From: Reyranella sp.
GTDB taxonomy: Bacteria; Pseudomonadota; Alphaproteobacteria; Reyranellales; Reyranellaceae
DNA: 40,000 nt
NCBI GenBank assembly: GCA_035293665.1
Contig: DATGMK010000028.1
Span: forward strand, 36,341 to 76,340
Reading direction: 5' to 3'
Shown here: positions 16,906 to 25,007 of the stretch, piece after piece
Layout of the letters: each line of letters starts with the position of its first letter
Position numbering within the stretch: the first letter of the stretch is position 1
Position numbers and translations under genes: made by a program
The notes under the pieces: generated by a model
Databases searched by the model: none
The model's input: the letters and a program-made list of their open reading frames with translations, nothing else
Told to the model about the DNA's origin: nothing

Positions 16906-17868
16906 ATGCGCGCGAGCCGATTGCTGTCGATCCTCCTGATGCTGCAGACGCGCGGCCGGCTGACTGCCGAGGCGCTGGCGGAGACGTTCGAGGTCTCGGT
17001 CCGCACGGTCTATCGAGACATCGAGCAGCTCAGCGCCGCCGGTGTGCCGGTCTATGCCGATCGCGGCCCAGGCGGCGGCTTCCAGCTGCTCGACGGCTTT
17101 CGCACGAAGTTGACCGGCCTGACCGAGAATGAGGCCGAGACCCTGTTCCTCTCCGGCCTGCCCGGCCCGGCGACGCAGCTCGGCCTCGCCGACCAGCTGC
17201 TGTCGGCCCAGCTCAAGCTCTCCGCGGCGCTGCCCGAGCGCAGCCGCACCAGCGCGCAGAAGATGGCGCAACGTTTCCATCTCGATCCGGTCGGCTGGTT
17301 CAGGAGCTCCGACCAGGCGCGATTGCTGCCGACCCTGGCGCACGCCGTATGGACCGAGACGGTGGTCGAGATCGGCTATCGTCGCGCACAGAGCATCGTC
17401 ACGCGCCGCATCCATCCGCTCGGTCTCGTGCTCAAGGCCGGCACCTGGTACGTCGTGGCCGAACGCAGCGGCGAGCGCCGCACCTATCGCGTCTCCAACA
17501 TCGAAGCGCTGACGCCGAGCGGCGACCACTTCACCCGTCCGAAGGACTTCGACCTCGTGCGGTTCTGGACCGAGTCCTCGCGTGCCTTCGAGGTCGGACT
17601 CTATCGCGAGCAGGCCGTGCTGCGCGCCTCGCCGCGCGCGATGATGCGGCTCGAGCGGCTCGGCGCCGCGGTGACGGACGCGGTACGCGAGTCGGCAGAA
17701 GCGCCGGATGATGACGGCTGGGTCCGGGTGACGATCCCGATCGAATCGATCGACCAGGCGGCCATCGACCTGCTCATGCTGGGGACCGAGGCCGAGATTC
17801 TGAAGCCGCGGGAGTTGCGCCGCCGCATCGCAGCTGCAGCACGGAGCATGGCCAAATTGAACGAGTGA
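16906..17868 (+). CDS. YafY-family transcriptional regulator (N-terminal HTH, WYL domain, C-terminal extension)
   Basis: MRASRLLSILLMLQTRGRLTAEALAETFEVSVRTVYRDIEQLSAAGVPVYADRGPGGGFQL is the HTH_11/DeoR-like head. VEIGYRR...RRIHPLGLVLKAGTWYVVAERSGERRTYRVSNI is the WYL core. Confidence 0.85.
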   Translation: MRASRLLSILLMLQTRGRLTAEALAETFEVSVRTVYRDIEQLSAAGVPVYADRGPGGGFQLLDGFRTKLTGLTENEAETLFLSGLPGPATQLGLADQLLSAQLKLSAALPERSRTSAQKMAQRFHLDPVGWFRSSDQARLLPTLAHAVWTETVVEIGYRRAQSIVTRRIHPLGLVLKAGTWYVVAERSGERRTYRVSNIEALTPSGDHFTRPKDFDLVRFWTESSRAFEVGLYREQAVLRASPRAMMRLERLGAAVTDAVRESAEAPDDDGWVRVTIPIESIDQAAIDLLMLGTEAEILKPRELRRRIAAAARSMAKLNE

Positions 17869-17920
17869 GGAACCCAAAAGCTCCCCCGGTCGTTCACGAA
17901 AAGGCACCAAGGAGGGACTT

Positions 17921-18127
17921 ATGGCCGTACCCAACGATGCCCAACATCTGACCGAGAAGATGCGGCATGCCTTTGCAGGCCTGCAGGATCAACTTCGCGA
18001 AGACGTCGACAAGGTCGACGAGCCGCAGCTCAAGGCCCTGTTCGAGGAATCGGCCGAGGTGATGGGCGCCTTGGCCAAGACCTTCGAGGACTACCAGCGC
18101 AAGAGCGAGCCCGCCTGGCGCTCATGA
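17921..18127 (+). CDS. Small helical hypothetical protein (68 aa)
   Basis: ATG at 17921 with a strong AAGGAGGG SD 5 nt upstream. The sequence is charged and helix-prone (AFAGLQDQLREDVDKVDEPQLKALFEESAEVMGALAKTFEDYQRK). No family recognised. Confidence 0.6.
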   Translation: MAVPNDAQHLTEKMRHAFAGLQDQLREDVDKVDEPQLKALFEESAEVMGALAKTFEDYQRKSEPAWRS

Positions 18128-18131
18128 GTCT

Positions 18132-18221
18132 GTCGTCCGAGCGGAGCGAAGGACCTCACGGCGGTGCGACGAGCATGCGATTGGCAATCGGCACGAGATC
18201 CTTCGCTTCGCTCAGGACGAC
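18132..18221. repeat. REP/MITE-like nested palindromic element, copy B (short variant)
   Basis: GTCGTCCGAGCGGAGCGAAGGACCTC (18132-18157) versus the reverse complement of GAGATCCTTCGCTTCGCTCAGGACGAC (18195-18221). Starts 4 nt after the stop of the 68-aa gene. Confidence 0.7.
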
Positions 18222-18250
18222 AAAAATATGAGCGTCGCCGTCCCAACGCT

Positions 18251-18967
18251 TTAGCGCACGACCTGCGCCGTCTGGCCGAACAGGATCTTGCGCTGCTCGT
18301 CGGTGTTGATGCCGGGCTGCTTGCGCAGCTCGGCGCCGACCGCCTTTCCCTTCACCACCGCCGGCCGCTCGCCGACCGATTTCTCGAACCAGCGCTGCAG
18401 GTTCGGGAAGTCCTTAAGCTTCTGGCCGAAGTTCTTGAAGCCGACCACCCACGGCCAGCTCGCCATGTCGGCGATCGAGAAGGCGCCGGCGAGGAACTCG
18501 CGATCGGCCAGCCGCTTGTTCATCACGCCGAACAGCCGGTTGACCTCGTTGCTGTAGCGCTGCTGGCCGTATTCCAGCTTGTCGACCGGATTGAACTGCG
18601 GCGCGTAGACGTTGAAGTGGTTGGCCTGGCCCGCCATCGGCCCCAACCCGCCCATCTGCCAGTAAACCCACTGCAAGGTCTCGTACTTGCCGCGCAGATC
18701 CTTCGGCAGGAACTTGCCGGTCTTCTCCGCGAGGTATTGGAGGATCGCCCCCGATTCGAACACCGAGATCGGCGCAGCTCCGCCCGCCGGCTCATGATCG
18801 ACGATCGCGGGCATGCGGTTGTTCGGGCTGATCCTGAGGAAGTCCGGCTTGAACTGCTCGCCCGTGCCGATGTTCACCGGGATGAGCTTGTACGGCAGGC
18901 CGCACTCCTCGAGCATGATGGAGATCTTCCAGCCATTCGGCGTTGGCCAATAATAAAGGTCGATCAT
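18251..18967 (-). CDS. yfcG: Nu-class glutathione S-transferase / GSH-dependent disulfide reductase (YfcG-like)
   Basis: MIDLYYWPTPNGWKISIMLEE...FLRISPNNRMPAIVDHEPAGG.PISVFESGAILQYLAEKTGKFLP...LQWVYWQMGGLGPMAGQANHF aligns almost colinearly by eye with E. coli YfcG. Confidence 0.85.
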   Translation of the reverse strand: MIDLYYWPTPNGWKISIMLEECGLPYKLIPVNIGTGEQFKPDFLRISPNNRMPAIVDHEPAGGAAPISVFESGAILQYLAEKTGKFLPKDLRGKYETLQWVYWQMGGLGPMAGQANHFNVYAPQFNPVDKLEYGQQRYSNEVNRLFGVMNKRLADREFLAGAFSIADMASWPWVVGFKNFGQKLKDFPNLQRWFEKSVGERPAVVKGKAVGAELRKQPGINTDEQRKILFGQTAQVVR

Positions 18968-19058
18968 GGGACGCTCCCGCGTAGGGCCAGGGTTTGGGGC
19001 GGGACTTTAGCCTGAAATCGTCGTACGGCTAGGCTTGTTCACCTGGAGGGGAAACACC

Positions 19059-19577
19059 ATGGCCATCACACTTTATGATTCGACGGTTGGCTCGTTCCTG
19101 CAGACCCTCGGCGCCGTCGAGGGCTTCCTTGCCAAGGGGCTTGCGCACTGCAAGGAGAAAAACGTCGATCCCAACGAGATCGTCGAGACGCGGCTGTTCC
19201 CGGACATGCTGCCCTTCCGGTTCCAGGTCGTGGCGGTGGCGCACCATTCGGCCGGCGCGCTCGCCGGCGCCAAGGCCGGCAAGTTCGGGCCGCCGGGCCC
19301 GTCGACCGCCGACTACGCGGGCTTGCAGAAGCTGGTGAGCGATGCCAAAGCGACGCTGGAGCAGGTCAAGCCCGAGGAGGTCAACGCGCTCGAGGGCAAG
19401 GACGTGCTGTTCTCGGTCGGCGAGCTCAAGCTGCCGTTCAAGGCAGAAGGCTTCCTGATGACCTTCTCGATGCCGAACTTCCACTTCCACGCCACGACGG
19501 CCTACGACATCCTGCGCTCCAAGGGCGTACCGCTCGGCAAGCGCGACTACATGGGCCGCATGAAACTGGCGAAGTAG
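19059..19577 (+). CDS. DUF1993-domain protein
   Basis: ATG at 19059 with a GGAGGGG SD. MAITLYDSTVGSFLQTLGAVEGFLAKG...RLFPDMLPFRFQV...NFHFHATTAYDILRSKGVPLGKRDYMG is typical of DUF1993. Confidence 0.8.
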   Translation: MAITLYDSTVGSFLQTLGAVEGFLAKGLAHCKEKNVDPNEIVETRLFPDMLPFRFQVVAVAHHSAGALAGAKAGKFGPPGPSTADYAGLQKLVSDAKATLEQVKPEEVNALEGKDVLFSVGELKLPFKAEGFLMTFSMPNFHFHATTAYDILRSKGVPLGKRDYMGRMKLAK

Positions 19578-19580
19578 GAT

Positions 19581-19647
19581 CATTGGACCGCGCCACTCTA
19601 GTGGCGCTCATGATCATGATGCGCCAGCGGAGTGGCGCGGTCCGATG
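19581..19647. terminator. About 66-bp imperfect palindrome between convergent genes (bidirectional terminator-like)
   Basis: GGACCGCGCCACTC (19585-19598) is the perfect complement of GAGTGGCGCGGTCC (19630-19643). Inner TGGCGC/GCGCCA arms flank a central TCATGATCATGA. It fills almost the whole 72-nt spacer. Confidence 0.55.
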
Positions 19648-19649
19648 AG

Positions 19650-20111
19650 TCAGCGCGCGGTGATTGCGTTGCGCACCTCGATCGGCCGCGCGATCCGGCT
19701 CAGGCCTTCGATGCCCTGGCCGGTGCCCAGGACGTGGATGGTGCCGTAGCCCAGCAAGCGGCCGAGGACCGACTGGTCGACATTCACCGTCTCGACCTTG
19801 TCCATGTTCATCTCGACCGTGTGGCGGCGCAGGAAGCCGGTCTTGTAGATGACGCGATGGTTGGTGACCGAAAGCTCGGTCATCTGCCGCGTGAACCAGG
19901 CGCTGAGCAGCAGCACAACGGCGACGGCCAAGACAAGCCAGCCGACATAGGTCGCCGTACGCTGGACCTTGGTCGCGTCCTGCAGGCCGTAGACCAGCAG
20001 GATCACGGCGATCGCCAGCAGCAGGAATGCCTTGAGGTAGTTGATCCAGTGCAGCCGGCCGATCACCTTGACGGTCTCGCCGGGCTGCAGAACGGAGTTC
20101 ACGTAGGCCAC
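19650..20111 (-). CDS. Membrane protein with bacterial PH domain (bPH_2/YdbT-like)
   Basis: Only the C-terminal 153 codons of the 506-aa ORF look real: AYVNSVLQPGETVKVIGRLHWINYLK, two TM helices, then TNHRVIYKTGFLRRHTVEMNMDKVETVNVDQSVLGRLLGYGTI. There is no in-frame ATG. Start is GTG 20111 (alternative TTG 20120), with GAGGA upstream. Confidence 0.7.
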   Translation of the reverse strand: MAYVNSVLQPGETVKVIGRLHWINYLKAFLLLAIAVILLVYGLQDATKVQRTATYVGWLVLAVAVVLLLSAWFTRQMTELSVTNHRVIYKTGFLRRHTVEMNMDKVETVNVDQSVLGRLLGYGTIHVLGTGQGIEGLSRIARPIEVRNAITAR

Positions 20112-20201
20112 GGCCTGCAACGTCCTCGTCGCGAAAAAGGTTGCGCGTGCAGGGTAGGCCCGCGCAGCATGTCGCGTCGACCATCCATTCGGGAATGTCC
20201 C

Positions 20202-21191
20202 ATGCAATTCGGCCTGTTCGGCGGCGCGCGCACCAAGCGCAGCGTCGGCCTGGAGGACAGCCAGGGTTACGAGAGCTTCATCGACTACGTCACCGAGGCC
20301 GATCGGCTGGGCCTCAGGCAGCTCTTCATGGTCGAGCACCATTTCACCGGCCAGGGCCAGGTCTCGGCGTCGATGACGGTGCTCGCCTATCTCGCCGCGC
20401 GCACGCGCCACATCCGGCTCGGCACCGCGGTGGTCGTGCTGCCCTGGCACAATCCGGTGCTTATTGCGGAACAAGCCGCAACTCTCGATCTGCTGAGTGG
20501 TGGCAGGGTCGACTTCGGCGTCGGCAAGGGGTACCGCCAGGCCGAGTTCGACGGTTTCTGCATCCCGATCGACGAAGCCACCGAACGCTTCGACGAGGCG
20601 ATGGAGATCATCCGCAAGGCGTGGACCACCGAAGGTCGTTTCAGCCATCGCGGCAAGCGCTGGCAGTACGAGAGCATCGTCGTCGAGCCCGAGCCCCTGC
20701 AGCGTCCTCACCCGCCACTGTGGCCCGCCGCCGGCAGCCACGACAGCATCCGCCGCGCCGCCCGCGAGGGCTACAACCTGCTGCTCGACCAGCTCGCGCA
20801 GACCGACCAGATCATCCAACGCATCGCGATCTTCCGCGCCGAATGCGAGAAAGTCGGCCGCCGCTACGATCCGCTGATGGTCGCCACCGCGCGGCCCTTG
20901 CAGATGATCCATCACGAGAGCGAGCGCGCCGCCGCCTACGCCACGCGCAAGCGCGTGCTGAGCGTGATCGGCGACCTCGCCCGCGACAAGCTGCCCGACC
21001 GGGTCGAGGATGACACCGCCCCGCTGCTCGGCACCCCCGACGAAGTGATCGCCAAGCTCAAGGAGCTCGAGGCGGGCGGCGCGACCAACATCCTGCTGGT
21101 CGATCCCAACGCCTCGGTCGCTAACCTCCGCGCCTTCGCCCGCGAGGTGATGCCGGCCTTCACCGCCCAACGCACGGCGGCGGCGGAATAG
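20202..21191 (+). CDS. LLM-class (luciferase-like) flavin-dependent oxidoreductase
   Basis: MQFGLFGG..., LFMVEHHF, IRLGTAVVVLPWHNPVLIAEQAATLDLLSGGRVDFGVGKGY and LLGTPDEVIAKLKELEAGGATNILL are hallmarks of luciferase-like monooxygenases. Confidence 0.85.
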   Translation: MQFGLFGGARTKRSVGLEDSQGYESFIDYVTEADRLGLRQLFMVEHHFTGQGQVSASMTVLAYLAARTRHIRLGTAVVVLPWHNPVLIAEQAATLDLLSGGRVDFGVGKGYRQAEFDGFCIPIDEATERFDEAMEIIRKAWTTEGRFSHRGKRWQYESIVVEPEPLQRPHPPLWPAAGSHDSIRRAAREGYNLLLDQLAQTDQIIQRIAIFRAECEKVGRRYDPLMVATARPLQMIHHESERAAAYATRKRVLSVIGDLARDKLPDRVEDDTAPLLGTPDEVIAKLKELEAGGATNILLVDPNASVANLRAFAREVMPAFTAQRTAAAE

Positions 21192-21195
21192 TCTC

Positions 21196-21313
21196 GTCGT
21201 CCCGAGCGGAGCGAAGCGCAGTAGAGGGACCTTTTCTCAACCAATAGCTGACAAATCGTCGAAACAAGGTCCCTCCACTGCGCCTCGCCACGCGAGGCTT
21301 CGGTCGGGACGAC
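21196..21313. repeat. REP/MITE-like nested palindromic element, copy C (long variant)
   Basis: GTCGTCCCGAGCGGAGCGAAGCGCAGTAGAGGGACC (left arm) versus GGTCCCTCCACTGCGCC...CTTCGGTCGGGACGAC (right arm). Starts 4 nt after the LLM stop and ends 11 nt before the next gene's ATG. The element's last 2 nt (AC) fall inside the ACGGGAG stretch just upstream of that ATG. Confidence 0.7.
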
Positions 21314-21324
21314 GGGAGTATGAA

Positions 21325-22161
21325 ATGTCACCAAGCCTCCTTCCTCCGTCAGGCTGGACCAGACCGCTGGCGATCTCCGTCAGCGTGATGCTCGAAGGCT
21401 GGACCGAGGATTCGGCGCCGGGCATTGGCCCGATGGGCAATCCGCTGAAGGCGGGCGTGCTCGACCTGCAGGCACGCTCGTGGGCCGAGTACGGGCCCAA
21501 GGTCGGCGCGTGGCGGCTGCTCGACATCCTGCAGAAGCTCGACGTGCGCGCGGTGTTCTATGTCAGTGGCCTGCTGGCCGAGCGCTACCCGGAGCTGATG
21601 AAGGCGATCGTGGCGGCCGGCCATGCCGTGGCGGCGCACGGCTGGGGCCAGAACATCATCCCGTCGTACCAGACCGACGACGAAGAGACGCGCGACCTCG
21701 AGCGCTGCCTGAAGGCGATCAGCGCGGCCACCGCGCAGCGGCCGATGGGCTGGCTCAGCCCGCGCTGCACGCCGAGCGCCCGCACCTCGGCATTGCTGGC
21801 GAAATGGGGCTTCGACTGGCACGCGGACTTCTTCGATTCCGACCTGCCCTACCGCTACCAGACGCCGAATGGGGCTATCGCCGCCGTGCCCTTCACCATG
21901 GAGGTGAACGACATGCCGCTCTATGTCCGCTACGGCGCCGAGCCCGAAGCCTTCACGCGCATCCTGCAGCGGATCGTCGGCAACTGGCCGCGGCTCGGCC
22001 GGCCCGCAGGCTGCCTCGATATCACCGTGCATGCCCACGTGTTCGGCCGGCCGTTCGGCGCCATCGAGTTCATGAACTGCCTGGAAGCGGCGCGGCGCTA
22101 CGAGGAATGGGCCTGGCTGACCGATCATCGGCGCTTGGCGGCGCTCTGCAAGGCGGGTTAG
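21325..22161 (+). CDS. Polysaccharide deacetylase (NodB-homology) family protein, PuuE-like
   Basis: LAISVSVMLEGW...AEYGPKVGAWRLLDIL...VRAVFYVSGLLAERYPELMKAIVAAGHAVAAHGW resembles the deacetylase/allantoinase PuuE group. Confidence 0.8.
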   Translation: MSPSLLPPSGWTRPLAISVSVMLEGWTEDSAPGIGPMGNPLKAGVLDLQARSWAEYGPKVGAWRLLDILQKLDVRAVFYVSGLLAERYPELMKAIVAAGHAVAAHGWGQNIIPSYQTDDEETRDLERCLKAISAATAQRPMGWLSPRCTPSARTSALLAKWGFDWHADFFDSDLPYRYQTPNGAIAAVPFTMEVNDMPLYVRYGAEPEAFTRILQRIVGNWPRLGRPAGCLDITVHAHVFGRPFGAIEFMNCLEAARRYEEWAWLTDHRRLAALCKAG

Positions 22162-22199
22162 GATCAATCAACCACATAAAAGTTGGGAGGAACGATCGA

Positions 22200-23450
22200 A
22201 TGCGCATCCAACGTCGTACTTTTGGCAAGCTGGCCGCCGGCGCCGCAGTCGGCATCGCCGCTCCGGCGATTGCGCAGAACAAGCCGCTCACCATCGGCTT
22301 CAGCATGAATCTGACCGGCCCGCTGGCCCCCAATGGCAAGGCGGCCCTGCTGGCTTCGCAGATCTGGGAAGAGGACATCAACGCGAAGGGCGGCCTGCTC
22401 GGCCGGCCGGTGAAGCTGGTCTACTACGACGACCAGTCGAACCCCTCGACGGTGCCAGGCCTCTACACCAAGCTGCTCGACGTCGACAAGGTCGACATCA
22501 TCGGCTCGAGCTACGCCACCAACATCATCGCCCCGGCAATGCCGATCGTGATGCAGCACGAGCGGACGTTCTTCTCCCTGCTCGGCCTCGCGGTGAACAG
22601 CGAGTTCCACTACAAGCGCTACTTCTCGATGACGCCGACCGGCGGCCCACGGCCCAAGGAATCGTTCGCCGAGGGCTTCTTCGAGGTTGCGGCGGCGCAG
22701 ACTCCCAAGCCGATGACCGTGGCGATGTGCGGCGCCGATGCCGAGTTCCCGCGCAACGCGATGGACGGTGCGCGCAACGTGATCAAGCGGCTCGGCCTGA
22801 AGCTGGTCTACGACAAGACCTATCCGCCGAACACCGCCGACTACACGCCGGTGGTGCGCGCCATGCAGGCGACCAACCCCGACATCTTCCTCGCCTGCTC
22901 GTATCCCGCCGACACGGTCGGCCTGATCCGCGCCAGCCACGAGGTCGGCTTCAAGCCGAAGATCTACGGCGGCGGCATGGTCGGCCTGCAGGCGACCGCC
23001 ATCAAGACGCAGCTCGGGCCGCTCCTGAACGGCATCGTGGTCTACGACTTCTGGCTGCCGTGGGCGGGCTTCGCGTCCGACGAGGGCCGCTCCTTCCTGA
23101 AGAAGTATCAGGCCAAGTCGGAGGCGGCCGGCGTCGACACGCTGGGCTACTACCTGCCGCCCTACGCCTACGCGCGCATGCAGGTGATCGAGCAGGCGGT
23201 CAAGGCGACCGGCGGCACCAACGACGACAAGCTCGCCGACTACTGCAGCAAGACCACCTTCAAGACCGTGGTGGGCGACGTCGCCTTCAACGATCAGGGC
23301 GAATGGGCGACGGCGCAGGTGATGGCGGTGCAGTTCCAGGGCATCAAGGGCAACGACGTGGCGCAGTTCACCAAGCCCGAGAGCGAAGTGATCCTGTGGC
23401 CGACCAAGTACAAGACTGGTAACATCATCTACCCGTACAATCCGGGCTGA
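22200..23450 (+). CDS. ABC transporter substrate-binding protein (LivJ/LivK-type, type 1 periplasmic binding fold)
   Basis: ATG at 22200 with a GGGAGGA SD. Tat/Sec-like leader MRIQRRTFGKLAAGAAVGIAAPAIAQ. TIGFSMNLTGPLAPNGKAAL...EDINAKGGLLGRPVKLVYYDDQSNP is typical of branched-chain-amino-acid-type binding proteins. Confidence 0.9.
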   Translation: MRIQRRTFGKLAAGAAVGIAAPAIAQNKPLTIGFSMNLTGPLAPNGKAALLASQIWEEDINAKGGLLGRPVKLVYYDDQSNPSTVPGLYTKLLDVDKVDIIGSSYATNIIAPAMPIVMQHERTFFSLLGLAVNSEFHYKRYFSMTPTGGPRPKESFAEGFFEVAAAQTPKPMTVAMCGADAEFPRNAMDGARNVIKRLGLKLVYDKTYPPNTADYTPVVRAMQATNPDIFLACSYPADTVGLIRASHEVGFKPKIYGGGMVGLQATAIKTQLGPLLNGIVVYDFWLPWAGFASDEGRSFLKKYQAKSEAAGVDTLGYYLPPYAYARMQVIEQAVKATGGTNDDKLADYCSKTTFKTVVGDVAFNDQGEWATAQVMAVQFQGIKGNDVAQFTKPESEVILWPTKYKTGNIIYPYNPG

Positions 23451-23491
23451 TGGAAGTATGGCGGCACGCCGCCATACTTTACAGGCGGGGC

Positions 23492-23528
23492 GGGGCGCAT
23501 CGCGCAAGCGATGCGCCCCTCGCTTTTG
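23492..23528 (+). terminator. Intrinsic terminator downstream of the binding-protein gene
   Basis: GGGGCGCATCGC-GCAA-GCGATGCGCCCC (perfect 12-bp stem, GCAA tetraloop) followed by TCGCTTTTG. A second hairpin (AAGTATGGCGG...CCGCCATACTT) lies at 23454-23479. Confidence 0.7.
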
Positions 23529-23551
23529 CGTTCCTCCTTGCGCTCCCGGGC

Positions 23552-24283
23552 CTACGCTCCCAGGTAGAATTCCCGGATCAGGTCGTTGTTGTTCAGCGCC
23601 TCGGCCGATTCGCCAGTGAAGGCGATCTTGCCGTGCACGATGACGTAGCCGCGGTCGGCGATCCGCACCGCCTGGGTGAAGTTCTGCTCGGCCATCAGGA
23701 CGGTCAGGTTGAAGCCGTCCTTCAGCTCCTTGATCTTGTCGATCGTGCGCTGCACCAGCAGCGGTGCCAGGCCGACCGACGGCTCGTCGATCAGCAGGAT
23801 TCGCGGCGCCGACATCAGCGCCCGCGCCAGCGCCAGCATCTGCTGCTCGCCGCCCGACATCGAGCCGGCAAGCTGCTTCGCGCGCTCCTTCAGCCGCGGG
23901 AAGGTCTCGAAGCAGAAATCGAGATTCTTGGCGATCGCCGAGCGTGCGGTCGGGCGGAAGGCGCCGAGCAGCAGATTCTCGGTCACGGTGAGCTTGGGGA
24001 ACAGCCGCCGGCCCTCCGGCACGAAGCCGATGCCGAGATCGACGATCTCCTCGGTCGAGCGCCCGACCAGCTCGTGCGTGGTGCCGTCGATCGTGGCGGT
24101 GATGGTTCCCGAGGCGGGCCGCACCATGCCCATGACCGACTTCATCAGGGTCGATTTGCCGTTGCCGTTGGTGCCGAGCAGCGCCACCGTCTCGCCGGCG
24201 CCGACCGACAGCGACACGTCGTCGAGCACGCGCACGGCTCCGTAGCCCGCAACCACGTTGGCAAGAGCGAGGCTACTCGCCAA
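23552..24283 (-). CDS. ABC transporter ATP-binding protein, LivF-like
   Basis: Walker A GTNGNGKST, signature MSGGEQQMLALARAL and Walker B ILLIDEPS. Confidence 0.9.
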   Translation of the reverse strand: MASSLALANVVAGYGAVRVLDDVSLSVGAGETVALLGTNGNGKSTLMKSVMGMVRPASGTITATIDGTTHELVGRSTEEIVDLGIGFVPEGRRLFPKLTVTENLLLGAFRPTARSAIAKNLDFCFETFPRLKERAKQLAGSMSGGEQQMLALARALMSAPRILLIDEPSVGLAPLLVQRTIDKIKELKDGFNLTVLMAEQNFTQAVRIADRGYVIVHGKIAFTGESAEALNNNDLIREFYLGA

Positions 24284-25007
24284 GGTAAGCCCTCACGACT
24301 TCCGGATCACGCACGACCTCCTTGGGATCGCCGTCGGCGATCTTGCGGCCGGCAACCAGCACGGCGAGGCGCTGCGAGAACGCCATCACCGCGCGCATGA
24401 TGTGCTCGATCATGATGACCGTGACGCCCTGCCCGTTCAGCCGGATCAGCAGCGCCAGGATCTCGTCGACCTCGGCGTGGCTCAGGCCCGCCATCGCCTC
24501 GTCGGCGATCAGCAGCTTGGGCTCGGCCGCCATGGCGCGGGCGAGCTCGAGCTTGCGCATCTCGATCTGCGTCAGGTCGCGCGGCAGGCGGTGCGCCTTG
24601 TCGCCCAGCCCGACCTGGCCCAACAGCTCGACGCAGCGCGTGAGGATCGCCGGGCCCGACAGCGAATGCCGTCCGCGGGCGTTCACCGCGTAGAGGATCG
24701 GGATGCGCAGGTTCTCGGCCAGGGTCAGGCTGCCGAACGGCCGCGGCAGCTGGAAGCTGCGGGCGAGGCCGAGCCGGGTGCGCTGGTGCGCCGTCAGCCC
24801 GTTCACCGGCGCGCCGTCGAAGCGCACGCTGCCCTGCTCGTTGTGCAGGGTGCCGCAGATGCAGTTCACCAAGGTCGACTTGCCCGAGCCGTTGGGGCCG
24901 ATCAGGCCGAGCCGCTCGCCCGGCTGGACCTCGAGATCGACCTCCTGCAGCGCAGTGAAGCCGCCGAAGCGCTTGCCGAGGCCCTCGACGTGCAACAGCG
25001 CGGTCAT
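24273..25007 (-). CDS. ABC transporter ATP-binding protein, LivG-like
   Basis: ATG at 25007 (MTALLHVEGLGKRFGG). Walker A GPNGSGKST and Walker B LLIADEAMAG. Overlaps the LivF-like start by 11 nt. Confidence 0.9.
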   Translation of the reverse strand: MTALLHVEGLGKRFGGFTALQEVDLEVQPGERLGLIGPNGSGKSTLVNCICGTLHNEQGSVRFDGAPVNGLTAHQRTRLGLARSFQLPRPFGSLTLAENLRIPILYAVNARGRHSLSGPAILTRCVELLGQVGLGDKAHRLPRDLTQIEMRKLELARAMAAEPKLLIADEAMAGLSHAEVDEILALLIRLNGQGVTVIMIEHIMRAVMAFSQRLAVLVAGRKIADGDPKEVVRDPEVVRAYLGE

